Below are positions 28,044-36,948 of a stretch of 38,984 nt of DNA, in pieces (position 1 is the first letter of the stretch; every line of letters begins with the position of its first letter). Position numbers and translations under genes: made by a program. Source of the stretch: a virus. Taxonomy: Duplodnaviria > Heunggongvirae > Uroviricota > Caudoviricetes. The notes beneath the pieces are model-generated. The model was not told the DNA's origin, did no database searches, and worked only from the letters and a program-made list of their open reading frames with translations. The stretch lies in the IMG/VR virus record IMGVR_UViG_2690316241_000009. One strand, written 5' to 3'.

Positions 28044-28283
28044 AACCGAACGGAGTGTTTATTTATAGAAAAATTGAGCCTATGTATACGACGTTGCTTA
28101 TAAATACATCCCTGACTGTTATGTGAAAATATGCAAAGAAAATTACATGCTATGGAGATGAGAGTTATAACGACCTTTTCTACTTATTTGTAAAAGAGGT
28201 CGTTATGTATAAAGTTAAATTATTTTTTACTCTTGATATGTGTAAAGAATATAGCTTTGATGTTTATATTCTATTAGAATACA

Positions 28284-29981
28284 TTATTTATCCTCTTTAA
28301 TGATTTTGTTATAGTCAAAATCCCAAATTTTTCTGTCAATGCCGTTTGTTGGTGTAACCCGGTAGAATAAGGATCGTAATCCATTGTAAAAATACTGGAG
28401 AGATTTCTGATTTTCTGGTTTGTCTAACCAGTTTCTTGTAATCATTCTAAAGAATTCAATATGCTGATTGAATATTTTCTTATTTAATTTTCTTCTTAAA
28501 CCGGATGTAGACTCATGGTTGTCTTTTCTTTTCTGAATTTCAGTTTCAATTGATTGTAGTTGAGGACGTATCTTGAGTAAGTATAACTCTTTCGAAAAAC
28601 CATTGTTAATTATATCCTGATTTTCCCAGAAGGAAGAGTCGTCGGTATTATAAAGGTGCTCACAATGCTCAAATATCAATTGTTCTGGAGCTTTTTCTCC
28701 CGGCAGTGATATAATTCCTCTCTGATCCTCAGGGCTGTGATCTCCATCAAGAATACAAATTGATTTTAACGAGGTTTCCTTAAGATGAGAATCATTAAAA
28801 ATAGTTTTTAAATTGTCTGCACCAATGAAACAATCAATTAAGTGAAATGAATTACTAACTATAGCAAAATTTGGATATTTGCTTATCCAATAACCAAGTA
28901 TTTCATTAAATAAAAAGCGAGCTTCTTCATCTTCCGTGAAAACTGGTATCTTGTTCCTTGTGTATATCTCATCCTTTGTTTGTGTTTTCAGATACATTGT
29001 TATTTTTAATATGTCAGGATTATCTAAAAGCAGAGCCTTTGTAATATTGTTAATTAGATAGACAACATGGTATTTTTTATGAAAAGCATATTCTAGCAAT
29101 GTCAGACTGTGCGTTGTGAAAAATACTTGAATCTTATAATCTTTTGCGTATTGATAAATTTTATCTAATAATCTTATCTGTAAAGAAGGATGTAAAGTGG
29201 CATCAAATTCATCTATTAACAGAATGCTTTCTTTTTGATCAGTGGATTGAATAAGTGATTCAAAATAATACCTAAGGCTAACTAATGCCTTGATTATAAT
29301 GAATATATTGTCTTCCCCGGATGATATGGTATTAGAATCAATTGCTGGGTTATCGGTATCAAATAATGGGCCAGCTTTAAAATCTCCGATATTGTTTGAT
29401 TCTATATTTATAATATTAATGCCCAAAAGTTCATTATATATTTTCGATATATAACCAACATACTCTTCTGGTAGGTTTAACGGAATTTTTGTAAGGGCGT
29501 CGTCTTTAGTTTCACCAATCGGGAATAGTCGCGATAATCCAAGATATAAAACTGGTTTAGCTGGAAGTGATTGTTTTTCTTTTCCGCGTGGGTATACTGG
29601 TTTGATAGCATACCGTTGCGCTTCGTCTGGATTTTTTGAGTTGTGCTTTCTGAAGTCTAGTGTGCTATGATCCAAATAGTTAATAGAAAATAACACACCT
29701 TTTGTTCCCTCTGCCGGATCGGTGTAATTTTTTGATTCCCTAACAATTGCTTCCATTTTGGGGTTGGCTATTTTGTTTATAGATTTTATAACTCTAACAC
29801 AATTACTATTTGAATAATTTTGTGATCGAGATGGTGGCATTTGGAAACCATTGCTAATTAAATGAAGCAATGTTGTCTTACATGTCCCATTGGTTCCTGA
29901 TATTATATTGATGTCTTCATTGAATGAGAAGTCAATATCTATCAGTTTCTTAAATTTTTTAAAACTAATTTCTTTAATCAT
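28284..29981 (-). CDS. OLD-like ABC ATPase with probable C-terminal TOPRIM nuclease domain
   Basis: Walker A GTNGTCKTT, signature-like SSGEDN, Walker B LLIDEFDATLHP and H-loop FFTTHS. C-terminal PVFTEDEE then ICILDGD fit TOPRIM E...DxD spacing. AT-rich. Occupies the position of P2 old. Confidence 0.7.
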   Translation of the reverse strand: MIKEISFKKFKKLIDIDFSFNEDINIISGTNGTCKTTLLHLISNGFQMPPSRSQNYSNSNCVRVIKSINKIANPKMEAIVRESKNYTDPAEGTKGVLFSINYLDHSTLDFRKHNSKNPDEAQRYAIKPVYPRGKEKQSLPAKPVLYLGLSRLFPIGETKDDALTKIPLNLPEEYVGYISKIYNELLGINIINIESNNIGDFKAGPLFDTDNPAIDSNTISSGEDNIFIIIKALVSLRYYFESLIQSTDQKESILLIDEFDATLHPSLQIRLLDKIYQYAKDYKIQVFFTTHSLTLLEYAFHKKYHVVYLINNITKALLLDNPDILKITMYLKTQTKDEIYTRNKIPVFTEDEEARFLFNEILGYWISKYPNFAIVSNSFHLIDCFIGADNLKTIFNDSHLKETSLKSICILDGDHSPEDQRGIISLPGEKAPEQLIFEHCEHLYNTDDSSFWENQDIINNGFSKELYLLKIRPQLQSIETEIQKRKDNHESTSGLRRKLNKKIFNQHIEFFRMITRNWLDKPENQKSLQYFYNGLRSLFYRVTPTNGIDRKIWDFDYNKIIKEDK

Positions 29982-29998
29982 CTATATCATCCTTAAAT

Positions 29999-30844
29999 TT
30001 AAATGTCAGGGATTTTTATACCATGATTATAAATGATAATTTCTAGACCTTTTTTCTTATCTTGTGCAGTATAATTAAGCGTATAATCAGTCATGTTGAA
30101 TTCATGATATATGCTTTTTATTTCAGGCACATTGTCATAAGACACAACCCAAGGTAGTTGAATTTCCCGTAGTGTATTAGCGATTTTTACATGATCATCA
30201 TGTTTATAAAAATTTCTATATAACTCTGCTCCTTTAACATAATAAGGTGGATCAAGATATATTAGACTATTTTGGGGTAGCAATGCTTTTTGGTGTAGCA
30301 GAAAATCTACAGCATCAAAATTCGATACGTAAATTTTCTCCTTATATGCACCAATTAGTTCAATCCTTTTAATTAACTCTTTTTTGTTGAATCTTGCATC
30401 TAACTTCCATGGTCCTTTTTGTTCTTTCCCTCCAATAACGCCAGCCTTAAGTATTCCTGAACGGTTTGTTCTATTTAAAAAGAAAGTTGATAATGCGACT
30501 TCAAGCATACTATATTTATCATTGTTTAGGAGTATCTCCTTTTGAGTATGCCAATTTTCAATAGTCACAGGAACTTCATCAATCATTTCACATAACAGAT
30601 CGTTATGATTAACCACTGCAAACCAAAAAGAATAAAGGGCAGGATCAATATCATTTATGAAGATATTTTCAACAAGACCGTTAAGGAGCAAACCTAATGC
30701 TACACCGGCTCCACCTGCATAAGGTTCAGCATAACATCCACCAATGAGATCATTGTTGCGGAGTATTTGTTCAATATGTGGCAAGAATTTTGCCTTACCT
30801 CCCGGATAACGAAGAGGGGTTCTAAAATGAGAAGGCTTTGTCAT
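29999..30844 (-). CDS. Dam-family (D12 class) N6-adenine DNA methyltransferase
   Basis: N-terminal RYPGGK, AdoMet-binding EPYAGGAGV and catalytic DPPY motifs. AT-rich. Lies 17 bp upstream of the ATPase on the same strand. Confidence 0.85.
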   Translation of the reverse strand: MTKPSHFRTPLRYPGGKAKFLPHIEQILRNNDLIGGCYAEPYAGGAGVALGLLLNGLVENIFINDIDPALYSFWFAVVNHNDLLCEMIDEVPVTIENWHTQKEILLNNDKYSMLEVALSTFFLNRTNRSGILKAGVIGGKEQKGPWKLDARFNKKELIKRIELIGAYKEKIYVSNFDAVDFLLHQKALLPQNSLIYLDPPYYVKGAELYRNFYKHDDHVKIANTLREIQLPWVVSYDNVPEIKSIYHEFNMTDYTLNYTAQDKKKGLEIIIYNHGIKIPDI

Positions 30845-30931
30845 CCACGATTTTCTCAGTAAAAAATAAACATAATCTTAACATGGCACTTGAGTTTTCC
30901 CGATAAAAAACATCGTCGCCGTCCATAGATA

Positions 30932-30949
30932 TTTGCATAGTTATGCAAA
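30932..30949. promoter_or_regulatory. Palindrome in the promoter region of the methyltransferase operon
   Basis: tttgcata-gt-tatgcaaa inverted repeat about 90 bp upstream of the methyltransferase start, within AT-rich promoter-like sequence. Confidence 0.4.
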
Positions 30950-31029
30950 AAATCCAGTTTTCAATGAATTAAGGGGAATTATATCAATTGCATTCTATTC
31001 AACACAATATTCGGTTAGCGATTCACATC

Positions 31030-33846
31030 TCATCCCTCATGATGGAAAAGGCATATCCAACTTTGTAATTGTTTTTTCTCATCATCATTTTGATTACTAA
31101 AGTGCTGTTTGCCTCTCTTTTGGAGCAAAGTAGCCTTGCGGCGTGCGCGTTCAGTGGTTTCATTGATTCTTTGTGCGTGCTCTGTGTCACGGATGGCGCG
31201 CAGCATGTCAGAAAGCACGGTAACGGGGGTTTTCATGGTGTTCTGGTCCTGCTGAAGTGTGGATGCCAGACGTGCGGCGGCTTCGGGGTCTGATGCCCCC
31301 AGTTGTTCCAGATAGCTGGCGACCGGGTTATGGCGGATCTCTGTGCTGCTTACGCCGTGATTACGGCTCAGGCGCTGCCAGAGCTGCGTGATTCGGCTGT
31401 CCGGGCTGGTATCCGGTTTGCGTACAATTTCAAATCCCTGCGGTGCAATGATGCTGCCGTCAACGTACAGGCTGCCGCCCCGTAACAGGTGCTGCATCTG
31501 CTGTTCACCGATATGCAGGCCGAGAGATTCGGCAGATTCCCGCCATTCTTTAGCGAGTAATTCGTGGTTATCAGGCAAAGGCCGCTGCTGTTTGCGGCTC
31601 TGTGTCCAGCTCTGCATTTCATCACTGCTGTTTTTTGCCTGTTTGTCACGAAGCGAACGCATCAGCGCCCGGCGTTCGTGCCGTTTCAGTGAGCGCATCC
31701 ATTCGTTCACTTCAACGCCATCAGGGAGCTGCGGCCACGGTGCTGGCCGTTCTTCCGGCTGTTCTGTCCCGTTGTTGTTCGTTTCCTGTACACGGGGACA
31801 GTTATTGCCACGAGTCCGAGTCCAAGGGGCGGCAGGGCCGCCCTGAAGGTCAAAACCATTTTCGTGGGAGCTGTCTTCCGCTTCCGGTTTGCGTCTTACC
31901 AGCTTCCAGTTATCCGGATGCGTGCATACGCGGGAAGACTCCCCGATGAGCGGCGACCAGATCCCGTAAATCTGTACGCTCTGTTCGCCGTAATCGTTCA
32001 GCTCATCTGCGAGGTCGTAGGCGGTGCGAATCAGGTAGTCTTTGCGTGGAACAAGTACGCCGCCCTGTTTCTCTATGTAGGTGGCAAAACATCCGGCATC
32101 AGCGGCAGCGAGTACCGCATCCATTGCGTCATCCTTCAGCCGTTGCGGGCCTTCCGGGTTGCGTGCCATCTGGCTGGCAAGGCGGCGGAGTTCACGCCAC
32201 ACCTGACGGGAGGGGATACCAAAGAACTGGAACTGGCGGACACGGTGAAGGCGCGCCCAGCCGATGGCGCGTTCCACGCTCTCGGCCATTGATTTTCCGG
32301 TTTCGTGGTCAACGCGTGGCTTGCCCGTTTTCGGGTCGATGCCATCTACGGCGCGGCTGTCCAGGTTCTTTCCGATGTAGGTGGCGATGTAGCTGGTTGG
32401 CGTGCCTTTTGAGCCGTCGACGTACTCCGCCTTAAAGCGTGGGGTAATATCATCACCCAGCTCGTGACGATCTTCCTGAATGGCAATATCGCGGGTGTGG
32501 GACACAATGGTGTCGATTTCTTCCGGATGAGCAAAGACCATCATATGCCAGTGCACGGTGCCGTCATGGTGAGGCTCCACCGTGCGGATGCCATACCAGC
32601 GCAGGCCGTCGCGGTTCAGTTTCTTGCGGACCGCCGCAAAAAACGTGTTAACCAGGTAATCGCTGGAGTCGCGCATGGTGGCCCCGTTCCATTTGGGATT
32701 CGGATGACCGTTCTCTGTTGTGGCGTGGTATTTTGACGGGCAGGTGATGGTCAGAAACACCGCTTTGTCGCCACGGGCTTCGGCCAGAAGTTCCAGCCCC
32801 TTCATGGTGGCCATCATTTCTGCCTTACGGTGAACCGGGTTACTTACTCCCGCGTAATACACTGTCTCGAGATCAATCGTGAACCCGTCTTCGTTTTCCA
32901 GAATGAAACTTTTCAGGAAATCGCGTGTTTTCTCGCGCTGTGCGCGAAACTCGCTTAACGCGTCCTGGCTCAGATAGGGCGATGTTTTTCTGGAAACCAG
33001 ACAGGCGGCGCGGAGTTGTTCTTCCCGCCACTCGCAACGTAACAGCCACAGTTTGCGTTTCCACCATTCCGCACAGGTCAGGCGAAGGATTGCGCCCGGT
33101 AACAGTTCCGTATCCGGATCGCTCTTGTTCAGAGCTTCGTAATGTGGCGGCATGGCGTGCAGGTGTAACGCCATGCGGGCCAGCATCTGATACGCCTTCA
33201 GCGTTACATCCATGGTCAGTTCGCCATCGGTCGCGCCAAAGCCATCGCAGAGTTTTTCGAAGGTGCTGCTGAACATCGCCGCCGTCATGGTGGCCAGCGT
33301 CTGTATCTGGTACTGGTTGAGCTGCGGCAGGTAAAGCAAATCATCCAGGCGTTCGCGTCCGGCAAGGGAGCGATAACCCGGTGTCAGCCAGCGGTGGTCG
33401 GTGCGGTCCAGACGTTCGAATATTTTGCGCAGTGTTCCGCGCGCGTAGCGTTCAGCCTGCCAGCTCTTTTTGCCTTTCCGGCGATCGGCTTCCTGTTTTT
33501 TGCGCAGGAAGGAGAGGTGGCGAATAAGCGGATCGCGCAGATAGGACGGCAGCAGGCGCAGCGAGGCCATGGCTTCATCCACCGCGCCGCGTGCCTGTTT
33601 TCTGGCGTCTCCTGCCAGTGTGATGGTTTTGTCCTGTTTTTCCTGTGCGTCCAGGCTTTTATTAATCAGGTTGCCCAGCGGCGTGGCGGAGAACGCCGCA
33701 TCAGCCATTTCCTGGCGGCGCTCGTTCTCTGCCCGGTAGGCATCCAGCCAGGAGGAAAGCGCGGATTCAGGAACGGGGATCCCCGTTCCTTCACGCCCCA
33801 CTGCGTGGCGCGGTTGTTGCCAGTCCCTGATGTACTCTGCCGTCAT
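31030..33846 (-). CDS. A: Replication initiation protein gpA (rolling-circle endonuclease)
   Basis: 938-aa protein in the A position at the end of the early operon, with an HxH motif (VHWHMM). Longer than P2 A as I recall it (761 aa). Confidence 0.85.
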   Translation of the reverse strand: MTAEYIRDWQQPRHAVGREGTGIPVPESALSSWLDAYRAENERRQEMADAAFSATPLGNLINKSLDAQEKQDKTITLAGDARKQARGAVDEAMASLRLLPSYLRDPLIRHLSFLRKKQEADRRKGKKSWQAERYARGTLRKIFERLDRTDHRWLTPGYRSLAGRERLDDLLYLPQLNQYQIQTLATMTAAMFSSTFEKLCDGFGATDGELTMDVTLKAYQMLARMALHLHAMPPHYEALNKSDPDTELLPGAILRLTCAEWWKRKLWLLRCEWREEQLRAACLVSRKTSPYLSQDALSEFRAQREKTRDFLKSFILENEDGFTIDLETVYYAGVSNPVHRKAEMMATMKGLELLAEARGDKAVFLTITCPSKYHATTENGHPNPKWNGATMRDSSDYLVNTFFAAVRKKLNRDGLRWYGIRTVEPHHDGTVHWHMMVFAHPEEIDTIVSHTRDIAIQEDRHELGDDITPRFKAEYVDGSKGTPTSYIATYIGKNLDSRAVDGIDPKTGKPRVDHETGKSMAESVERAIGWARLHRVRQFQFFGIPSRQVWRELRRLASQMARNPEGPQRLKDDAMDAVLAAADAGCFATYIEKQGGVLVPRKDYLIRTAYDLADELNDYGEQSVQIYGIWSPLIGESSRVCTHPDNWKLVRRKPEAEDSSHENGFDLQGGPAAPWTRTRGNNCPRVQETNNNGTEQPEERPAPWPQLPDGVEVNEWMRSLKRHERRALMRSLRDKQAKNSSDEMQSWTQSRKQQRPLPDNHELLAKEWRESAESLGLHIGEQQMQHLLRGGSLYVDGSIIAPQGFEIVRKPDTSPDSRITQLWQRLSRNHGVSSTEIRHNPVASYLEQLGASDPEAAARLASTLQQDQNTMKTPVTVLSDMLRAIRDTEHAQRINETTERARRKATLLQKRGKQHFSNQNDDEKKQLQSWICLFHHEG

Positions 33847-33852
33847 AGTGAT

Positions 33853-34218
33853 TTACTTCGTCATGCCATTCAGGGTGTCGCGGCAGACGGCAGCCAGCCG
33901 CTGAATTTCCAGCACGGTGTCTTCTGTGTCGGCATGGCGATGTGTGATGCGGATGCTGTCGGCAATCACATCGACGATTGCAGAGGATGGGCGCTGGTAA
34001 ATGCCAATAACGGACGGGGTGCCATCTTCAATGCGGTAAAGCCTGTAATTTCCCTCGTGGCTGTCAATCATGTAGCGACCATCAATAACAATCTTTCCGT
34101 CAGCGAGCTGCGGTACAGGCAGGGATTTCTGGTACATGTCATAACGATCACGCACGCGAGCGGCAAGATCACGTTCTGTGTTGAGCAGGTATTCAAGAAA
34201 GTCGTTGGCGAGAATCAT
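33853..34218 (-). CDS. Early-region hypothetical protein
   Basis: 121-aa ORF directly upstream of A, same strand. Confidence 0.55.
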   Translation of the reverse strand: MILANDFLEYLLNTERDLAARVRDRYDMYQKSLPVPQLADGKIVIDGRYMIDSHEGNYRLYRIEDGTPSVIGIYQRPSSAIVDVIADSIRITHRHADTEDTVLEIQRLAAVCRDTLNGMTK

Positions 34219-34290
34219 TGCGGCAATCCTCTTGTTACAGATGTGCGAAGGCCTCCCGCCGCAAGGTGCAGGAAAGGCCCGGAACAGGAA

Positions 34291-34521
34291 TTAATGGAGT
34301 TTGTTTTGCTGCTGGATGAGCTGTTGAAGCTCGTGCAGATCATCCGCCAGATAGCTGAAAACAGAGGCGGAATAAATGTTTGATAGTGCGTGGCTGCGCT
34401 CATGCAGCATATTGATGTGCATGATTTGCGCGACGCGTGATGCGCGGGAAAGTCTGCGGTTGATTTCAGTCTGGATGTGACGACGCTCCGCGATAGCGCG
34501 GTGTGGTTTGCGGTTTGCCAT
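34291..34521 (-). CDS. Early-region hypothetical protein
   Basis: 76-aa ORF in the early operon; basic N-terminus. Confidence 0.45.
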   Translation of the reverse strand: MANRKPHRAIAERRHIQTEINRRLSRASRVAQIMHINMLHERSHALSNIYSASVFSYLADDLHELQQLIQQQNKLH

Positions 34522-34708
34522 GGTGTGGCCCCTTGTGTAGTAAGTTGTGAAAACTCACCATCCAGAGCTGCGAAACTGTGGGTGGCGAGACGTACGAGGT
34601 TCGCAGTACCGGCTACACAAGAACCCGGCCCGACCGAAGTCGGCCCCGTACGCCCCGCCATAATTCTGACGCGAAAAAAACGTGGCAATACAGTACGCAC
34701 AAAAAAAC

Positions 34709-34733
34709 CGCTGGCGCGGTTGTGCGCTTGTGT
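34709..34733 (-). terminator. Intrinsic terminator-like hairpin inside the early region (minus strand)
   Basis: On the minus strand: AACCGC-GCCA-GCGGUU followed by U7. Confidence 0.5.
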
Positions 34734-34843
34734 AGTCAGCAGGCTGCGAAACCCGACACCCGTTTTGTGAGGTGCAGCGGAAATGTAACCTGACTGATTG
34801 CGGCATGGCAAGCGGTTTTTTTGTGTGTGCATGTTCTGGTTTC

Positions 34844-35143
34844 TTACTGGTTCAGAAAAAAATCAAAAACCTTGTCAATGCGTTGCAGCAGCTCTTGCTG
34901 TATTGCTTCCGGTGTTTCCGGTTCGCCTGGCGCCTTCAACGTCGCGCAGAAATCAGCGATTTCATGATGGAGCGTCAGGCGAATGGCAGGAGCCGTGGTT
35001 CTGGCGTGCTCCAGCTCATCCAGCAGTGCCAGCACAGCAGACGGCGAGAGCATTGCGCGAAATACCAGTAATTTTTGAGGCGTTGCCATTCGTTGCAGGG
35101 CAAATGCCAGTTCGCGTAGCTTCTGGTGATTGATGGTGCTCAT
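34844..35143 (-). CDS. Early-region hypothetical protein
   Basis: 99-aa ORF whose start overlaps the stop of the upstream ORF. Confidence 0.5.
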   Translation of the reverse strand: MSTINHQKLRELAFALQRMATPQKLLVFRAMLSPSAVLALLDELEHARTTAPAIRLTLHHEIADFCATLKAPGEPETPEAIQQELLQRIDKVFDFFLNQ

Positions 35144-35406
35144 GCTCTGGTTTCCTTCAGTAGCTGGTTAAACATGTGAGTAAGTGGATTGCTACACCCG
35201 AACGGCATCGGGTTTACGTGGTAAGAAGCCTGGCCTCCAGTTTTGCGAGCGCGACCACCTGTGCTGCGGTTTGTTCTGATGACTAAGCCGCCGCGCCAGA
35301 GTCGGCGTAACTCAGCATTGATGGCTGTGGTTGGGGTATTCAGTGCTGCGGCGATTTCTCCGCCGCTACAACCCGGATGGGTAGCGATGTAGTCCAGAAT
35401 GGTCAT
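35140..35406 (-). CDS. Early-region protein, possible winged-helix DNA-binding protein
   Basis: 88-aa ORF; its N-terminal ~50 residues look like an HTH/winged-helix fold (GEIAAALNTPTTAINAELRRLWRGGLV). Confidence 0.5.
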   Translation of the reverse strand: MTILDYIATHPGCSGGEIAAALNTPTTAINAELRRLWRGGLVIRTNRSTGGRARKTGGQASYHVNPMPFGCSNPLTHMFNQLLKETRA

Positions 35407-35606
35407 CTGCGTGGCTCCTGTACCTGTCGGATAAGATTCACCCGCGCCACGTTGGTGGCGCAGAAGTAAGTGCCGTCAGTGAGGTAGATGTGGTGTGCAT
35501 CCTTTTCCGAACGGTGTTTGTCGATTGTGGTAATCAGGCGTTCGTCGACTTCGTATTCACGCCCTCTGGAGGTAAAACGAACGACAGGAAAATGCTTAAT
35601 TGCCAT
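35403..35606 (-). CDS. Early-region hypothetical protein
   Basis: 67-aa ORF whose stop overlaps the next start. Confidence 0.45.
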   Translation of the reverse strand: MAIKHFPVVRFTSRGREYEVDERLITTIDKHRSEKDAHHIYLTDGTYFCATNVARVNLIRQVQEPRR

Positions 35607-35802
35607 TACGCCTCCTTGGCGTGTGCGAATACCTCCGCTAATGCGGATTGTTTTTACATTTTCTTATTTTATCTGTGGTTTTATTTGCTCTGTTATTCGC
35701 CAGTGAAAAAACGTTCAATCTTTTTTATTGAATGAATAATTCGCATAATCCCAATAGCGCAGGCCACCGAAATAATCAGAACAAGCCATGAGATAAATAT
35801 AC

Positions 35803-36048
35803 TCATGCGATATTCCCCAGCTTATACGGTTCAATATGTTCCCCGCATTCTGCGGCACAGATCAGCTCGGAAAGTTCGTTAAGTGCATCCAGATCATCAG
35901 CGTAAAAAGCCACGTCATACAGACTTCGGATTGCTCTGGTCAATGAGTCACGGGCCGCACGTTCAGCATGAGCGCCTGATGCACTTAAGCGAAAATAAAA
36001 ACGCTCAAGTGCTTTGTTAATGAGAGTTTTATATTCTTTGCCCATCAC
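35803..36048 (-). CDS. Early-region hypothetical protein
   Basis: 81-aa ORF in the cox-to-A early operon. Confidence 0.45.
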   Translation of the reverse strand: MMGKEYKTLINKALERFYFRLSASGAHAERAARDSLTRAIRSLYDVAFYADDLDALNELSELICAAECGEHIEPYKLGNIA

Positions 36049-36056
36049 AACGCCCT

Positions 36057-36344
36057 TTAATCTGCTTTCTGTATTTCAGCTTCTGAATCCATACAAATAA
36101 TTTCGATATAGGGTTCATCGCCATTAGCCTGGCGTGCCTTTTCAGCTTCGCTAATGATTTCTCGTACGGTCTGGTACGGAAGTTCCAGAAGCAGTCGCGT
36201 GCCGTTCAGATAAACGTAAGTGGCTTCGTCGGCTCCGTTTTTACCCGCCGGAGTCACTCCGTCAATAGCGGATGCACGTAATAACAGTTCACCGCGAAAA
36301 TCAATAAAACGGATAAATACACCTTGTGCATGGTCTTTGGTCAT
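36057..36344 (-). CDS. Early-region hypothetical protein
   Basis: Start taken at the internal Met (MTKDHAQG) so that it does not overlap the upstream ORF. Confidence 0.45.
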   Translation of the reverse strand: MTKDHAQGVFIRFIDFRGELLLRASAIDGVTPAGKNGADEATYVYLNGTRLLLELPYQTVREIISEAEKARQANGDEPYIEIICMDSEAEIQKAD

Positions 36345-36354
36345 AAAGCACCTG

Positions 36355-36696
36355 TTATAAATCAGCCTGTTTAATAAAACTTTGCCCGCGAAGCAGACGA
36401 TCAACCGTGCGAAGTGCTTCGTATAATGTGAAATCCTGCCCGAACTGATTGTCGCCACTGCTTAGAGCAAAAATGCGGTTTCCGCTAAACGGATTGTGTG
36501 GGCATTTGTGGATCACGATTCCAGCTTTCTCAATCAGCCAGGCATGCTCGCCGATTTGTTTTACTGGGTAGCCATCCGGCGTTGCGTGTGTATCACTCAG
36601 GCTGTAGCGGATGTTGCTGCGTGATGCACTGGTAGCAAAACGGTTAGCGTGGCGTTCTGCACCATTGCGAAAGCGTGAATTACGTTGCTGTTTCAT
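36355..36696 (-). CDS. Early-region hypothetical protein
   Basis: 113-aa ORF in the early operon; no recognisable motif. Confidence 0.45.
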   Translation of the reverse strand: MKQQRNSRFRNGAERHANRFATSASRSNIRYSLSDTHATPDGYPVKQIGEHAWLIEKAGIVIHKCPHNPFSGNRIFALSSGDNQFGQDFTLYEALRTVDRLLRGQSFIKQADL

Positions 36697-36948
36697 GTTA
36701 AAGACTCTGTACAGATTTAATTATTCCGGCATAGAGGCCGAACTCAAAATATTTGCGATTAAATCGCATCGCATTGTTTTCACGTTTTGCGGACTGCTGG
36801 TTCATTTTCGTTTGCCTCCGCACATGAGAATTGCGCCGCTTAAGAGGTAACCGAAGTTAATTGATAGTATTACAATTAACATAAGGTCCAATTTGTCCAT
36901 GCCACACATAATTACCCTCATTGCAGTAGTTGTGGGTTGTCAGGTTTC

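Noticed and set aside
27695-28126. 143-aa plus-strand ORF covering the cos region
   Set aside because: It is Arg/Ser-rich and low-complexity, spans hairpins, palindromes and the phased direct repeats, and has no ribosome-binding site. The region is better explained as the non-coding cos and terminase-binding region.
33394-34383. 329-aa plus-strand ORF antisense to gene A and its upstream ORF
   Set aside because: It overlaps real minus-strand genes, has a Cys/Arg-rich composition and no start context. It is a shadow ORF.
34522-34843. Retron msr/msd-like structured RNA
   Set aside because: There are inverted repeats and a stable hairpin, but no reverse-transcriptase gene anywhere in the window, so a retron is not supported. 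Kept as a generic structured non-coding region.
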